From positions 115 through 64,114 of the IMG/VR virus record IMGVR_UViG_3300021247_000536: a DNA stretch of 64,000 bases. The stretch is one strand, 5' to 3'. Under the pieces are notes generated by a model that was not told where the DNA came from, searched no databases, and saw only the letters and a list, made by a program, of their open reading frames with translations. Of this stretch, positions 28,751 through 36,983 are shown piece after piece (the first letter of the stretch is position 1; each line of letters begins with the position of its first letter). The DNA comes from a virus. A program made the position numbers and the translations under genes.

Positions 28751-29797
28751 TTAATAGATTTTGCCGTTGATGATCTGCTTCTGATCTACCGAGAAACCTC
28801 CTTTGTCATCGATGATGTCCACATAGCAGAAGCCATGGACGTGCTCATTGATCTCCATATAGCCAGGCTCCAGCTCACACAGACAGCCATTGCTCCAGCA
28901 TGTCAGCACCTCGCCATCGTACACCTTGCCGGAGTCTACAGTAAGCTTGTGGAAGTGGTTGACAACGACAGACCTCTTGTACTTGAGTCTGGCGTTACGG
29001 GCTGGGTTGACACCTCCTGTGCCAATCATCCTGTCGCCATGATCCACCAGAAGCTTCCCGAAGTACACCTTGCTTCTATAAGGTATGTATTCAATGCCAA
29101 GCTCTCCAAGTCGGAGCAGTACATCCAGCCTAAACTCCTCGACACCTAGAAGGTCCGCGGCTTTGTTGGCAAGGTAGCGCTCCATCCTACGCTCATGGTT
29201 CCCTGGAATGTAATAAATAGGTATGCCCTTGAAGACCTTTCTCATATTGGCTAGAAGCTCACGTGTGATCTCTAGCTCTTCAGAAAGAGGAATACGACGG
29301 TCAGGATCCTTCTCGTGAAACGATAGCACGTGGAAGTCTATAAGATCTCCGTTGATAAAAACAGCCTGAGCCTTGCTCTTCTTGGCATGGTGGTACGTAG
29401 CCTGGATAGCTTTCTTGTCATGGAACGGAGAGTGAAGATCTCCTATCAACAGAACTCTCTTAATAGACTTGGGTAACTGCCAGCGATTACGTGGAACACT
29501 CAGGGAATCTGGCACAGGATAGAGCTTGTCGTAGTCTACCGGAACATGCTTAGGGACGTCTGGGTTCCGGCGTTCGTTGGATATCCGGTTGCGTTTACCT
29601 AGCGCTGAGCGGTAGTAGCGGACTAAGCTGCGAACATTCTCCACACTTTCAACAATGTTCTTATGCTTCTTGAATATCATATTCGCCAAAGCATTTGTAC
29701 TAGTGCCCTTATACTCTTGACAGTAAGCTTTAACCTTTTCTCCAAGGACAGACTTCTTACGCCCGACCCGGCCAACCTTGTTTCCATTTAATGCCAT
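28751..29797 (-). CDS. Calcineurin-like metallophosphoesterase with N-terminal HTH-like region
   Basis: GDLHSPFHD, NGDLIDF, GNHE, DHGD, NHFH motifs; start ATG 29797 lies downstream of its promoter. Confidence 0.88.
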   Translation of the reverse strand: MALNGNKVGRVGRKKSVLGEKVKAYCQEYKGTSTNALANMIFKKHKNIVESVENVRSLVRYYRSALGKRNRISNERRNPDVPKHVPVDYDKLYPVPDSLSVPRNRWQLPKSIKRVLLIGDLHSPFHDKKAIQATYHHAKKSKAQAVFINGDLIDFHVLSFHEKDPDRRIPLSEELEITRELLANMRKVFKGIPIYYIPGNHERRMERYLANKAADLLGVEEFRLDVLLRLGELGIEYIPYRSKVYFGKLLVDHGDRMIGTGGVNPARNARLKYKRSVVVNHFHKLTVDSGKVYDGEVLTCWSNGCLCELEPGYMEINEHVHGFCYVDIIDDKGGFSVDQKQIINGKIY

Positions 29798-29823
29798 AAA
29801 GATCTTTTTAGTTGTGAATATCA

Positions 29824-29864
29824 CAAAGATATCTTGCATGTACCGTATTTCAAAATTATCTTTG
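29824..29864. promoter_or_regulatory. Overlapping divergent Bacteroidota promoters
   Basis: Minus: TTG(29853)-N19-TATCTTTG(29831). Plus: TTG(29834)-N20-TATCTTTG(29857). Confidence 0.75.
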
Positions 29865-29879
29865 TACAAACAACAATCA

Positions 29880-30017
29880 ATGGCTAAGTCATCATCAACA
29901 TCTCAGAAGTCTGTCCTCAACAAAAAGAAGGAGGGTAAGTCTAAACGTAAGTTCGGTCCCAAGGAAGATAAGCCCAAGAAGTACAGGGGCCAGGGCCGTA
30001 AGGCTATCATATTGTAA
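29880..30017 (+). CDS. Small Lys-rich peptide ending KKYRGQGR
   Basis: 45 aa from ATG 29880, directly after the promoter. Confidence 0.65.
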   Translation: MAKSSSTSQKSVLNKKKEGKSKRKFGPKEDKPKKYRGQGRKAIIL

Positions 30018-30029
30018 ATCAACATTTAT

Positions 30030-31514
30030 ATGTCAGCACTAATCACCCTGTTGCAGGGTCCTGGGTATATGTCCATAGGATATACATCCAACGGTTCCAC
30101 GAACAGCATGTCCATCCTTAAGGAGAACTTCACGTTCAACTACAACAGCTCAACGGCTTCATTCTCAATATATGATGAATCGAAGAGGGCTCTTGAGTTT
30201 ACTCTTGCCGACCTTGTCAGCCCTATTGTTGCTTCTGACGATCTTCTTATTGCCTGGCTTCAGTCTTTTATGGCTGACGCTTCCGGGACATCTACCTCTG
30301 CAGCTATGCTATACGATGCCTTTGGTCGTCAGCGTGTTTCTGAGCCGTATACTCTTGGTGACTACAAGCATCTGTACGGGTTGGATACTAACTTCCTGGA
30401 TGTGACAGCCAACGGCGGCAGTGTAACCTTTCAGCCTAACAAGGCCTGCGCTCGCCTTTCTGTAACAACAGCTTCAGGCTCCTCTGCAATTCACCAGACC
30501 AAGTTCTATCACCAGTACATGCCTGGTAAGAGCCAGCTTATATTCAGCACCTTCAACCTATACAATGCAGTTCCTAACGTAACAAAGAGAACGGGGTACT
30601 TCGACGCCTACAACGGTATCTTCTTTGAGCAGGACGGAACAGGAAAGCTTAAGTTCGTCATCAGGACAGATGTGAGTGGAACACCACTGGATTCAGAGTC
30701 CGTATCTCAGACCTCATGGAACGTAGATCCTTGTGACGGCTCCGGCCCTTCTGGCTTTCAGATTCAGATAGACCAGACACAGATCATGTTCATCGAGATG
30801 CAGTGGCTGGGCGTTGGTCGTGTACGTGTAGGATTTGTCCATGACGGTAACTTCGTGGTGGCTCACGAGTTCTTCCATGACAACCAGCTTCCTACTGTAT
30901 ATATGAGTAACCCTAACCTTCCTGTACGTTGCGAGATCGTGGCTGACGGTGTTACAGATGGGGCATACTTCGACCAGATCTGTTCAACTGTCCTTAGCGA
31001 AGGCGGCTATGTAGAGTCAGGCCAAGACTGGTCAGCATCTAATGGGTCAACAGTAAGATCCATAGCAGCCGGAGCCACCGTACCTCTGTTCGCCATCCGA
31101 CTTACCGGCACCTTCAACACATACCTCAACCGTATGATCGTGAGACTGCAGCAGTTCAGCGCCTTCTCGACAAAGGAGCCACTGAGCTTCAGCGTGGTAA
31201 AGCTCCCGGGCATCGCTCAGCTCACCACAGCATCGGCATGGGTAGACGTAAGCTCAGGCAAATCAGGAGTACAGTACAACACCGGAGCTACGGCCTACAC
31301 AGATGGAGAGGTGATATCCACAGGATACGTAGGAGCCTCATCATCAGGCAAGGAGTCAATAACATCAAACTCCAACCCGTCCACTGCCAAGAAGAACTAT
31401 ATCGTCCAGAACTATGCAAGCACAGACTCTGAGATATATGTCATCGTGGCAACCAACATAGGCACCACCACGACCACAGCAGGCGCTGCCATGCAGTGGA
31501 GGGAGATATACTAA
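30030..31514 (+). CDS. Putative virion structural protein (beta-rich)
   Basis: DAFGRQRVSEPYTLGDYKH...WLGVGRVRVGF...LPVRCEI family common in aquatic phages. Confidence 0.65.
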   Translation: MSALITLLQGPGYMSIGYTSNGSTNSMSILKENFTFNYNSSTASFSIYDESKRALEFTLADLVSPIVASDDLLIAWLQSFMADASGTSTSAAMLYDAFGRQRVSEPYTLGDYKHLYGLDTNFLDVTANGGSVTFQPNKACARLSVTTASGSSAIHQTKFYHQYMPGKSQLIFSTFNLYNAVPNVTKRTGYFDAYNGIFFEQDGTGKLKFVIRTDVSGTPLDSESVSQTSWNVDPCDGSGPSGFQIQIDQTQIMFIEMQWLGVGRVRVGFVHDGNFVVAHEFFHDNQLPTVYMSNPNLPVRCEIVADGVTDGAYFDQICSTVLSEGGYVESGQDWSASNGSTVRSIAAGATVPLFAIRLTGTFNTYLNRMIVRLQQFSAFSTKEPLSFSVVKLPGIAQLTTASAWVDVSSGKSGVQYNTGATAYTDGEVISTGYVGASSSGKESITSNSNPSTAKKNYIVQNYASTDSEIYVIVATNIGTTTTTAGAAMQWREIY

Positions 31515-32800
31515 AACCTCAGTCCCCCAGGATCCGGATCACCTAGGCAAACAGGTGGGCCGTTTCTTTTTATAGGATAGGGCAGACTCCCGCGGGAGTG
31601 TAACCCCATGAAGAAACAACCCCATATGTAAAAACCATACAGGTACCAGTACCACAAAACCCCTCCCCCCACCAAATTAACCGACAATGCCAGGAAGGTG
31701 ACAACATCCATAGGGCCCAGTATCTTTTAATTATATCAATATACGCAAAGAAAAAAGTCTCAAGCCCGTATCATATCGTATCATGCCGCATCAAAACACC
31801 AGATCCTTTGCATCAATTGATAATATTATATGTAGATACATGGAAACAAAAAATACAAAAAACGTTTCCATCGTTTCCATAACCCCAAAAACAAACACCG
31901 GTATAGCTACACGTCTGCAGCCAGGGACCGGTGGGTTCGCTATAGCTTATACCGTTCCGAGGGAAACTGACTTCGCTTGTGCGTGAAATGACCTCCACTA
32001 GTGAGCTGGTCTTGCGGGAAGCTTCAGAGGTACTGTTAGATACAAAGGTACAATGCCGACAGGAGATAGGCAAATGAGGGGTATGGGGATTATATGTGTG
32101 GGGCGGGGAGTGTATTAACGTATTGGGCCACACCCCCTAGCGAACCCGAAACGCGCATATGCACCCGAGGGCACGCGCGGTAAGGAATCCCTTATTCGGC
32201 TCAGCGCATGCAGGTAGGGTAGGGGAGGGCATACGCGCAGGTACGCATACGCACACACGCGTTTTGCTTCGCGCATACGCACGCAGGCAATGGATCGCGA
32301 GCAACAGCACAGGAAATCTGCACAGGAAATTTCACATGATCCGAATGCTATTTAACATAATGTAATTTATACAGCGCATCCATCGCGACAGGAATATGCA
32401 CAGGCAAGCGCATGACAGGACGCAGGAAAACACGCTGCAAACATCTGTAGGAATACGCGCACACACGTACACGCACGCACGCGGGTATGCATATTCGCGC
32501 GGGTGATCAGGCATGCGGGATTCTATACAGGGCAAAGTCGGTCCGGAAACGTTTTACACGAAAAACGTTTCCATAGTTTCCACTGTATAGGTAAAAATTG
32601 AACATTCCCCACCCCTCCTAACTCATTCACAATCAACACATTGCACACTCATATCGCTGTAACACATTGACACGCAACAAGTTATAAAAATCGTATTTTT
32701 TTGTATAAATTATTCGTCCTGATTTTCAGCACATTACGTCATTTCGACAACCAAAATTACGGATTTTTGGTTTCGACACTTGCAAATTCAAAACATATGC
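31515..32800. other. Non-coding putative genome terminus/origin region
   Basis: About 1.3 kb without credible ORFs; G/C tracts, repeated GTTTCCATNGTTTCC, purine-pyrimidine alternation; lies just before the early genes. Confidence 0.6.
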
Positions 32801-32812
32801 CTTTACTTTGTC
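32780..32812 (+). promoter_or_regulatory. Possible early promoter
   Basis: TTG followed after ~20 nt by TTACTTTG, an imperfect -7 element. Confidence 0.4.
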
Positions 32813-32816
32813 CCCG

Positions 32817-33216
32817 ACAACGGTCAGAAACCCGATTTCCCCTGAGTCACTCGTTCTTTCACACGTCGCGTAAAATGTTGCCCTGTACGGGTAGCCCCTT
32901 GGTTAAGCACATCTGCAATAGTGGTGTTAAACGATCAAGCGTGATACGGTTCTTTGACGTAATGAAGTTGCACAACTACACAGGCGGATATGCTGTTATC
33001 TGTTCTGAGAGTCGCGAATATGGGTTAGTAGCCCGCTCAACGGTCATATGTAAATTGCCTTACTGGCAGACCACAGAGTAGAAGCGATACGGATACGGGC
33101 AGTACCTGTGTAGTCAATTAGCGGATATCTTATCCGTGAAGTGGTGTGGCTGAAGGTTATGGATAAGTAACCTAGTCTCTATCGTGATGTTAAAGCATAG
33201 AGGCTGAAGTATTCTT
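32817..33216 (+). ncRNA. Candidate ~400-nt multi-stem structured RNA
   Basis: Long-range ACTACACAGG/CCTGTGTAGT helix enclosing three hairpins, plus three further hairpins; TGAAG linkers; no credible ORF. Confidence 0.6.
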
Positions 33217-33289
33217 TCCCTTGTTAATTCAGAATTGACCTTCTGCTACATTGCCGAAGGTGTGACTCGATTGTCACACAAGGGAACTA
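33217..33289 (+). ncRNA. tRNA-like cloverleaf element D
   Basis: TCCCTTG/CAAGGGA acceptor, TGTGA/TCACA T-stem, two inner arms, then A-CTA. Confidence 0.7.
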
Positions 33290-33306
33290 ACCAATCAACA
33301 ATCAAC

Positions 33307-33462
33307 ATGAACACGAACACAATTTACGTAACAGTGACCATCGACAACGTCACCTATGGAGCAAACGTTAACACAGTGACAGGTCACGTCGACTCTGCTG
33401 CTCCTGACAGTATCCACGATCTTCTCAGAGAGACAGCGCAAAGGTTAACTGAAGAGGCTTAA
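33307..33462 (+). CDS. Small early protein
   Basis: MNTNTIYV..., ATG 33307 after an A/C-rich leader. Confidence 0.6.
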   Translation: MNTNTIYVTVTIDNVTYGANVNTVTGHVDSAAPDSIHDLLRETAQRLTEEA

Positions 33463-33516
33463 TTAGCCGAAACTACAGGCATTGTCCTGTAGTCTTAACC
33501 AATAAAAATAACCATC

Positions 33517-33768
33517 ATGAGACTCAATTACAGTAAATTAACGGCAGCCGACCCTACAGTGTACCTAACGTTCACTAACTCGCTAGGTCAGGAAATTAAA
33601 CTGGTGGAGCATCCATCGCGAGGTGACGAGTATCCTGTTATCGCAGTATCTGACTATCATCAACTTGCGTTCGCAACAGACTTTTACGAGACTGGCGATA
33701 TCAACGAGGTAGGCGGAGAATATGAGGTTGGGTTCATAGACGGTGAACTTTTTCACGGGCTGAACTAA
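33517..33768 (+). CDS. Early hypothetical protein
   Basis: 83 aa acidic ORF. Confidence 0.7.
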   Translation: MRLNYSKLTAADPTVYLTFTNSLGQEIKLVEHPSRGDEYPVIAVSDYHQLAFATDFYETGDINEVGGEYEVGFIDGELFHGLN

Positions 33769-33775
33769 CACACCC

Positions 33776-33822
33776 TCCCATGCAGAGAATGGTCACTCGG
33801 ATCGATGCCGAGCATGGGAACT
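33776..33822 (+). ncRNA. Anticodon-less mini-tRNA element A
   Basis: TCCCATG-CAGAGAATGGTCA-CTCGG-ATCGATG-CCGAG-CATGGGA-A-CTA. Confidence 0.8.
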
Positions 33823-33837
33823 AACCAATCTAAAATC

Positions 33838-34005
33838 ATGATCATGAACACTTTATCAAAGTCAGTACGCTCAGAAGTGAGCCACATTGCAGAAACGTCA
33901 GTCAACACAGGCACTGCTCCTGTAGGTCTTATCGTGACAGTGGTCACAGCGGTGGCAGGTCTTATTGCGACAGCTATCACAGTCTTCGGGGTATCAATCA
34001 ATTAA
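33838..34005 (+). CDS. Small membrane protein
   Basis: C-terminal TM helix (LIVTVVTAVAGLIATAITVFGV). Confidence 0.6.
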   Translation: MIMNTLSKSVRSEVSHIAETSVNTGTAPVGLIVTVVTAVAGLIATAITVFGVSIN

Positions 34006-34020
34006 ATCTATCACACAGCC

Positions 34021-34329
34021 ATGAAAGTTACAAAAATCTATGTAGGTCACATCACATGTGATAAAAAAACGCAGTTCACCGAGATCGAGGTGTCTGCCTT
34101 CATTGACCTTGCCCTGAGCAAGCACAAAGTAGAGGGCGCGACCATCTACGACACTACAGGTTACTGGCGCGGTGACTCTGAGCCATGCTCAGTTATCGAG
34201 ATCATTCACCATTCGGTTGGTGACTCTGAGTACACAAACATTGTCAAGGTGGCATTGTTCCTTAAACGTTTCCTACATCAGGAGTCAGTCCTTTTGACCA
34301 CACAAGACGTGGAGGTATCATTCCTCTAG
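34021..34329 (+). CDS. PII-like fold protein, SAM lyase/DUF3574-like
   Basis: GATIYDTTGYWRGDSEPCS...FLHQESVL matches the G-x-[YW]...E...Q[ED]SV pattern of phage SAM lyases. Confidence 0.55.
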   Translation: MKVTKIYVGHITCDKKTQFTEIEVSAFIDLALSKHKVEGATIYDTTGYWRGDSEPCSVIEIIHHSVGDSEYTNIVKVALFLKRFLHQESVLLTTQDVEVSFL

Positions 34330-34337
34330 CAATTGAC

Positions 34338-34386
34338 ACTGCCGACGGAGGACGGAACTGGGGAGCGACACCCTACGGCAGTGCTA
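34338..34386 (+). ncRNA. Anticodon-less mini-tRNA element C
   Basis: ACTGCCG-ACGGAGGACGGAAC-TGGGG-AGCGACA-CCCTA-CGGCAGT-G-CTA. Confidence 0.75.
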
Positions 34387-34410
34387 ACGTAATTATCAAA
34401 AATATCCAGT

Positions 34411-34770
34411 ATGAAGAATGACTTTTTATTTACCGAACACCCATCCACGGGACTTGTTGAGTACAGAGACAAGCCACACGACAAAGGATGGAGAGTCGTA
34501 GAGACAGGCTACTTTGTGATAAACGAAGCCCGTGAGATTATCCAATGGAGACGATTTGACGAAAATCTAAGGGCTAAGTGTGAACAGGCGGGGTATCTAT
34601 TCACATACGTCGACCTTGATAAAATACAATCGCGTCTCGAATACCTTCGCACAGAGCTACGTGAAGAACGAATCAGCATGGGCGAATTAGCTGAATTACA
34701 GAATTTAGCGAAGCACATTGACCCTTCAGACCTTGAACTACTTGAGGCAGCAGGAATACCTGAAAACTAA
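34411..34770 (+). CDS. Early hypothetical protein
   Basis: 119 aa; C-terminus ISMGELAELQNLAKHID...LLEAAGIPE is a recurrent phage motif. Confidence 0.7.
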   Translation: MKNDFLFTEHPSTGLVEYRDKPHDKGWRVVETGYFVINEAREIIQWRRFDENLRAKCEQAGYLFTYVDLDKIQSRLEYLRTELREERISMGELAELQNLAKHIDPSDLELLEAAGIPEN

Positions 34771-34790
34771 CCATCCAAAATCAATCAACC

Positions 34791-35012
34791 ATGACACTCT
34801 ACGTACACGGAAAATCGAAGAAAGCACTTAACGAACTGCTCGCCAACGGCACAACAGTGATCGGCACTGAGTATTCGCTCAGACAGCAACAAAATTACAA
34901 CCTGAACAGTGACCTACCACACGGCACTGTGATCAAGGTATGGGAGAAAATAATCGGAGGCAGCCCATACGCCAAGGCATACGGCACATGGGATGGAAGC
35001 AAAATTAAGTAA
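34791..35012 (+). CDS. Early hypothetical protein
   Basis: 73 aa, A/C-rich leader. Confidence 0.7.
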   Translation: MTLYVHGKSKKALNELLANGTTVIGTEYSLRQQQNYNLNSDLPHGTVIKVWEKIIGGSPYAKAYGTWDGSKIK

Positions 35013-35156
35013 TATGGACTACGAGATCACCCTGTACACAACGTACAAAAAGTACACGACGTTTGTCAAGACCTTTACGTCGGAACAGCACATGACCAAT
35101 TGGACTAATGTGATGGCAAAGAAAGGTCACAAAGTAATCAACCTAACAAAATTATC

Positions 35157-35465
35157 ATGAGACAGATAACAGAAAATAGTGTAGACGCCTTCTATGCTAA
35201 AAAGAAGTTTAACTCAGGAAACACAATAGTGGATACTCAGCCATCACAGAAAGTGTTTGGAAAAACTGTGGTTTTTTTGAAACTTTTTGGAAATATTATT
35301 GCTTGTCTTGACGAGAACAATGTATTGTCAATAACATCCGCAGGATGGAAAACAAGCACAACAAAAGAAAGGTTGAACGCACTTCAAAATGTACGCATTT
35401 GCCAAAAAAAGGGCATTTGGTATCTTAACGGAGAACAATGGAATGGAGAATGGAAAACAATCTAA
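35157..35465 (+). CDS. Early hypothetical protein
   Basis: GWKTSTTKERLNAL motif common in early phage genes. Confidence 0.75.
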   Translation: MRQITENSVDAFYAKKKFNSGNTIVDTQPSQKVFGKTVVFLKLFGNIIACLDENNVLSITSAGWKTSTTKERLNALQNVRICQKKGIWYLNGEQWNGEWKTI

Positions 35466-35475
35466 CAAAATTATC

Positions 35476-35772
35476 ATGAAAGCAACAATCTTAATCAGCA
35501 ACGGACCATACGGGTTCGGCAAGACATGGACTCTTCAGGTAGAGACCAAGACACGTACAAAACAGTTCTTCCTAGGTCAGGATGGCAAGGTGTGCAGCCG
35601 GCTATTGCAGATGGACTCACGGTCTGTAGTTCAGGCAATTGGCACGAATGTACTCGATGAGAAGGGCTGCAAGAAACTGGCGAAGTTTATACTCAGCACG
35701 ATCAAGGAGCGACACCTTATCACCACAGCGAAGCTAATGAACATGGAGTCGTGGGCATTGGCAGTAGAATAA
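35476..35772 (+). CDS. Early hypothetical protein
   Basis: MKATILISNG...; FFLGQDGKVCSRLL. Confidence 0.7.
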   Translation: MKATILISNGPYGFGKTWTLQVETKTRTKQFFLGQDGKVCSRLLQMDSRSVVQAIGTNVLDEKGCKKLAKFILSTIKERHLITTAKLMNMESWALAVE

Positions 35773-35779
35773 ACAAACA

Positions 35780-35826
35780 TCCCGTGCAGAGAATGGCATG
35801 CAGATCGATACTGCACACGGGAGCTA
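35780..35826 (+). ncRNA. Anticodon-less mini-tRNA element B
   Basis: TCCCGTG-CAGAGAATGGCA-TGCAG-ATCGATA-CTGCA-CACGGGA-G-CTA. Confidence 0.8.
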
Positions 35827-35846
35827 ACTAATAAAAATCATGAACA

Positions 35847-36134
35847 ATGGCACGAAAAAGAGTAACATGTCCCGCCAGTGACTGGCATCACTCATGGGGA
35901 ATGGGCACAAATAAGATCGGCAAAGTACGTATCGTAGACGCCGAGCAGAACATCTACTCATGGTCAGGGCATTCTCAGGGACGCCACGGTCAGGTGTGGA
36001 ACAGAGGAGCAAAGGTAGTGTTCAGGGTAGTCAACCTAGAGCAGCGCACTGCCGAAGTAATTTCATCCAAGGGTATCACACTCTCCTTCGGTGACGATAT
36101 GTGGAAAGCAGTGGAGACACTTGCTAATCAATAG
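35847..36134 (+). CDS. Early hypothetical protein
   Basis: 95-aa ORF after element B. Confidence 0.65.
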   Translation: MARKRVTCPASDWHHSWGMGTNKIGKVRIVDAEQNIYSWSGHSQGRHGQVWNRGAKVVFRVVNLEQRTAEVISSKGITLSFGDDMWKAVETLANQ

Positions 36135-36140
36135 AAAAAC

Positions 36141-36380
36141 ATGGAAGTAGTAAACATGAAGGACACCAAGGCACGACACGCCGACCAGTTCGAGAATGGC
36201 GAAGAGGTCTTCCGAGCCACGCACTTTGACAGCGAGGTGAGAATCGTAGCTGAGTCGTGGAACGCTAACCACAAGGCATTCGTAATCTACCTAAATTGGG
36301 TGAAGATAACATCATCATCCAACTACATGAAAGCAATCGGAGAGGCAGTGTTTGTCCTCTGCTCAATAACTAACAGATAA
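36141..36380 (+). CDS. Early hypothetical protein
   Basis: 79-aa ORF in operon. Confidence 0.6.
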   Translation: MEVVNMKDTKARHADQFENGEEVFRATHFDSEVRIVAESWNANHKAFVIYLNWVKITSSSNYMKAIGEAVFVLCSITNR

Positions 36381-36393
36381 AACCATATCAATC

Positions 36394-36669
36394 ATGAAGA
36401 AATACACATTTGCCGTATGGTCATTCGGAGAACTCGCAGGAGTTGTATCTACTGACACCTTCAACGAGGCAATCACACAGACGCTGAATGCAATAATAGA
36501 TCATCTTGCTGTGGATAATGTAACAATCTCACCTAATGATGAGATTCGAGGAATACTACAACTAGACAGTCCTAGTGCCACCGACAACTATTCTTTCAGA
36601 GTATTCATCAAAGAGTTAATTACAGTTGAAAGTCAAGTTGAGCTCACGCCAGTATCCATCTATTCTTAA
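36394..36669 (+). CDS. Early hypothetical protein
   Basis: 91-aa ORF in operon. Confidence 0.6.
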   Translation: MKKYTFAVWSFGELAGVVSTDTFNEAITQTLNAIIDHLAVDNVTISPNDEIRGILQLDSPSATDNYSFRVFIKELITVESQVELTPVSIYS

Positions 36670-36682
36670 AACCATATCAACA

Positions 36683-36967
36683 ATGAACATACTCGTAATA
36701 GGGCACTACATATTTCCCGATCAGGAAATTAACCCAAGAACAATTCTTTACACTGCCGTGTGTAACTCTATCGAAGATGCTGTAAAGTTTATTCGAGACA
36801 ACTTCGACGGCAAGGAAACATTCGATGAGTATTACGCTCCCGAAATTACTGAACACCTCAGCACCTCGACAGAAGAGTATGCGCTCGACGACTGGTCAGC
36901 AGGGCAGTGGTTCTATGTGAGAGTCCTTGGCAACCCATTTGAAAAAGTAGAAGAGATACAACCTTAA
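36683..36967 (+). CDS. Early hypothetical acidic protein
   Basis: ATG 36683 after the same AAACCATATCAA leader seen before the previous gene. Confidence 0.6.
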   Translation: MNILVIGHYIFPDQEINPRTILYTAVCNSIEDAVKFIRDNFDGKETFDEYYAPEITEHLSTSTEEYALDDWSAGQWFYVRVLGNPFEKVEEIQP

Positions 36968-36983
36968 CACTAACACAACAGCA

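Noticed and set aside
29811-29874. GTTGTGAAT...TTTCAAAATTATCTTTG resembling a Bacteroidota type II-C CRISPR repeat
   Set aside because: Single copy with no spacers; fully explained by the divergent promoter pair.
31511-33081. Track ORFs in the terminus region (31511-31711, 31783-31986, 31813-32133, 32159-32365, 32332-32535, 32701-33081)
   Set aside because: Low-complexity or atypical composition, no A-rich leaders, and overlap with structured or repeat DNA.
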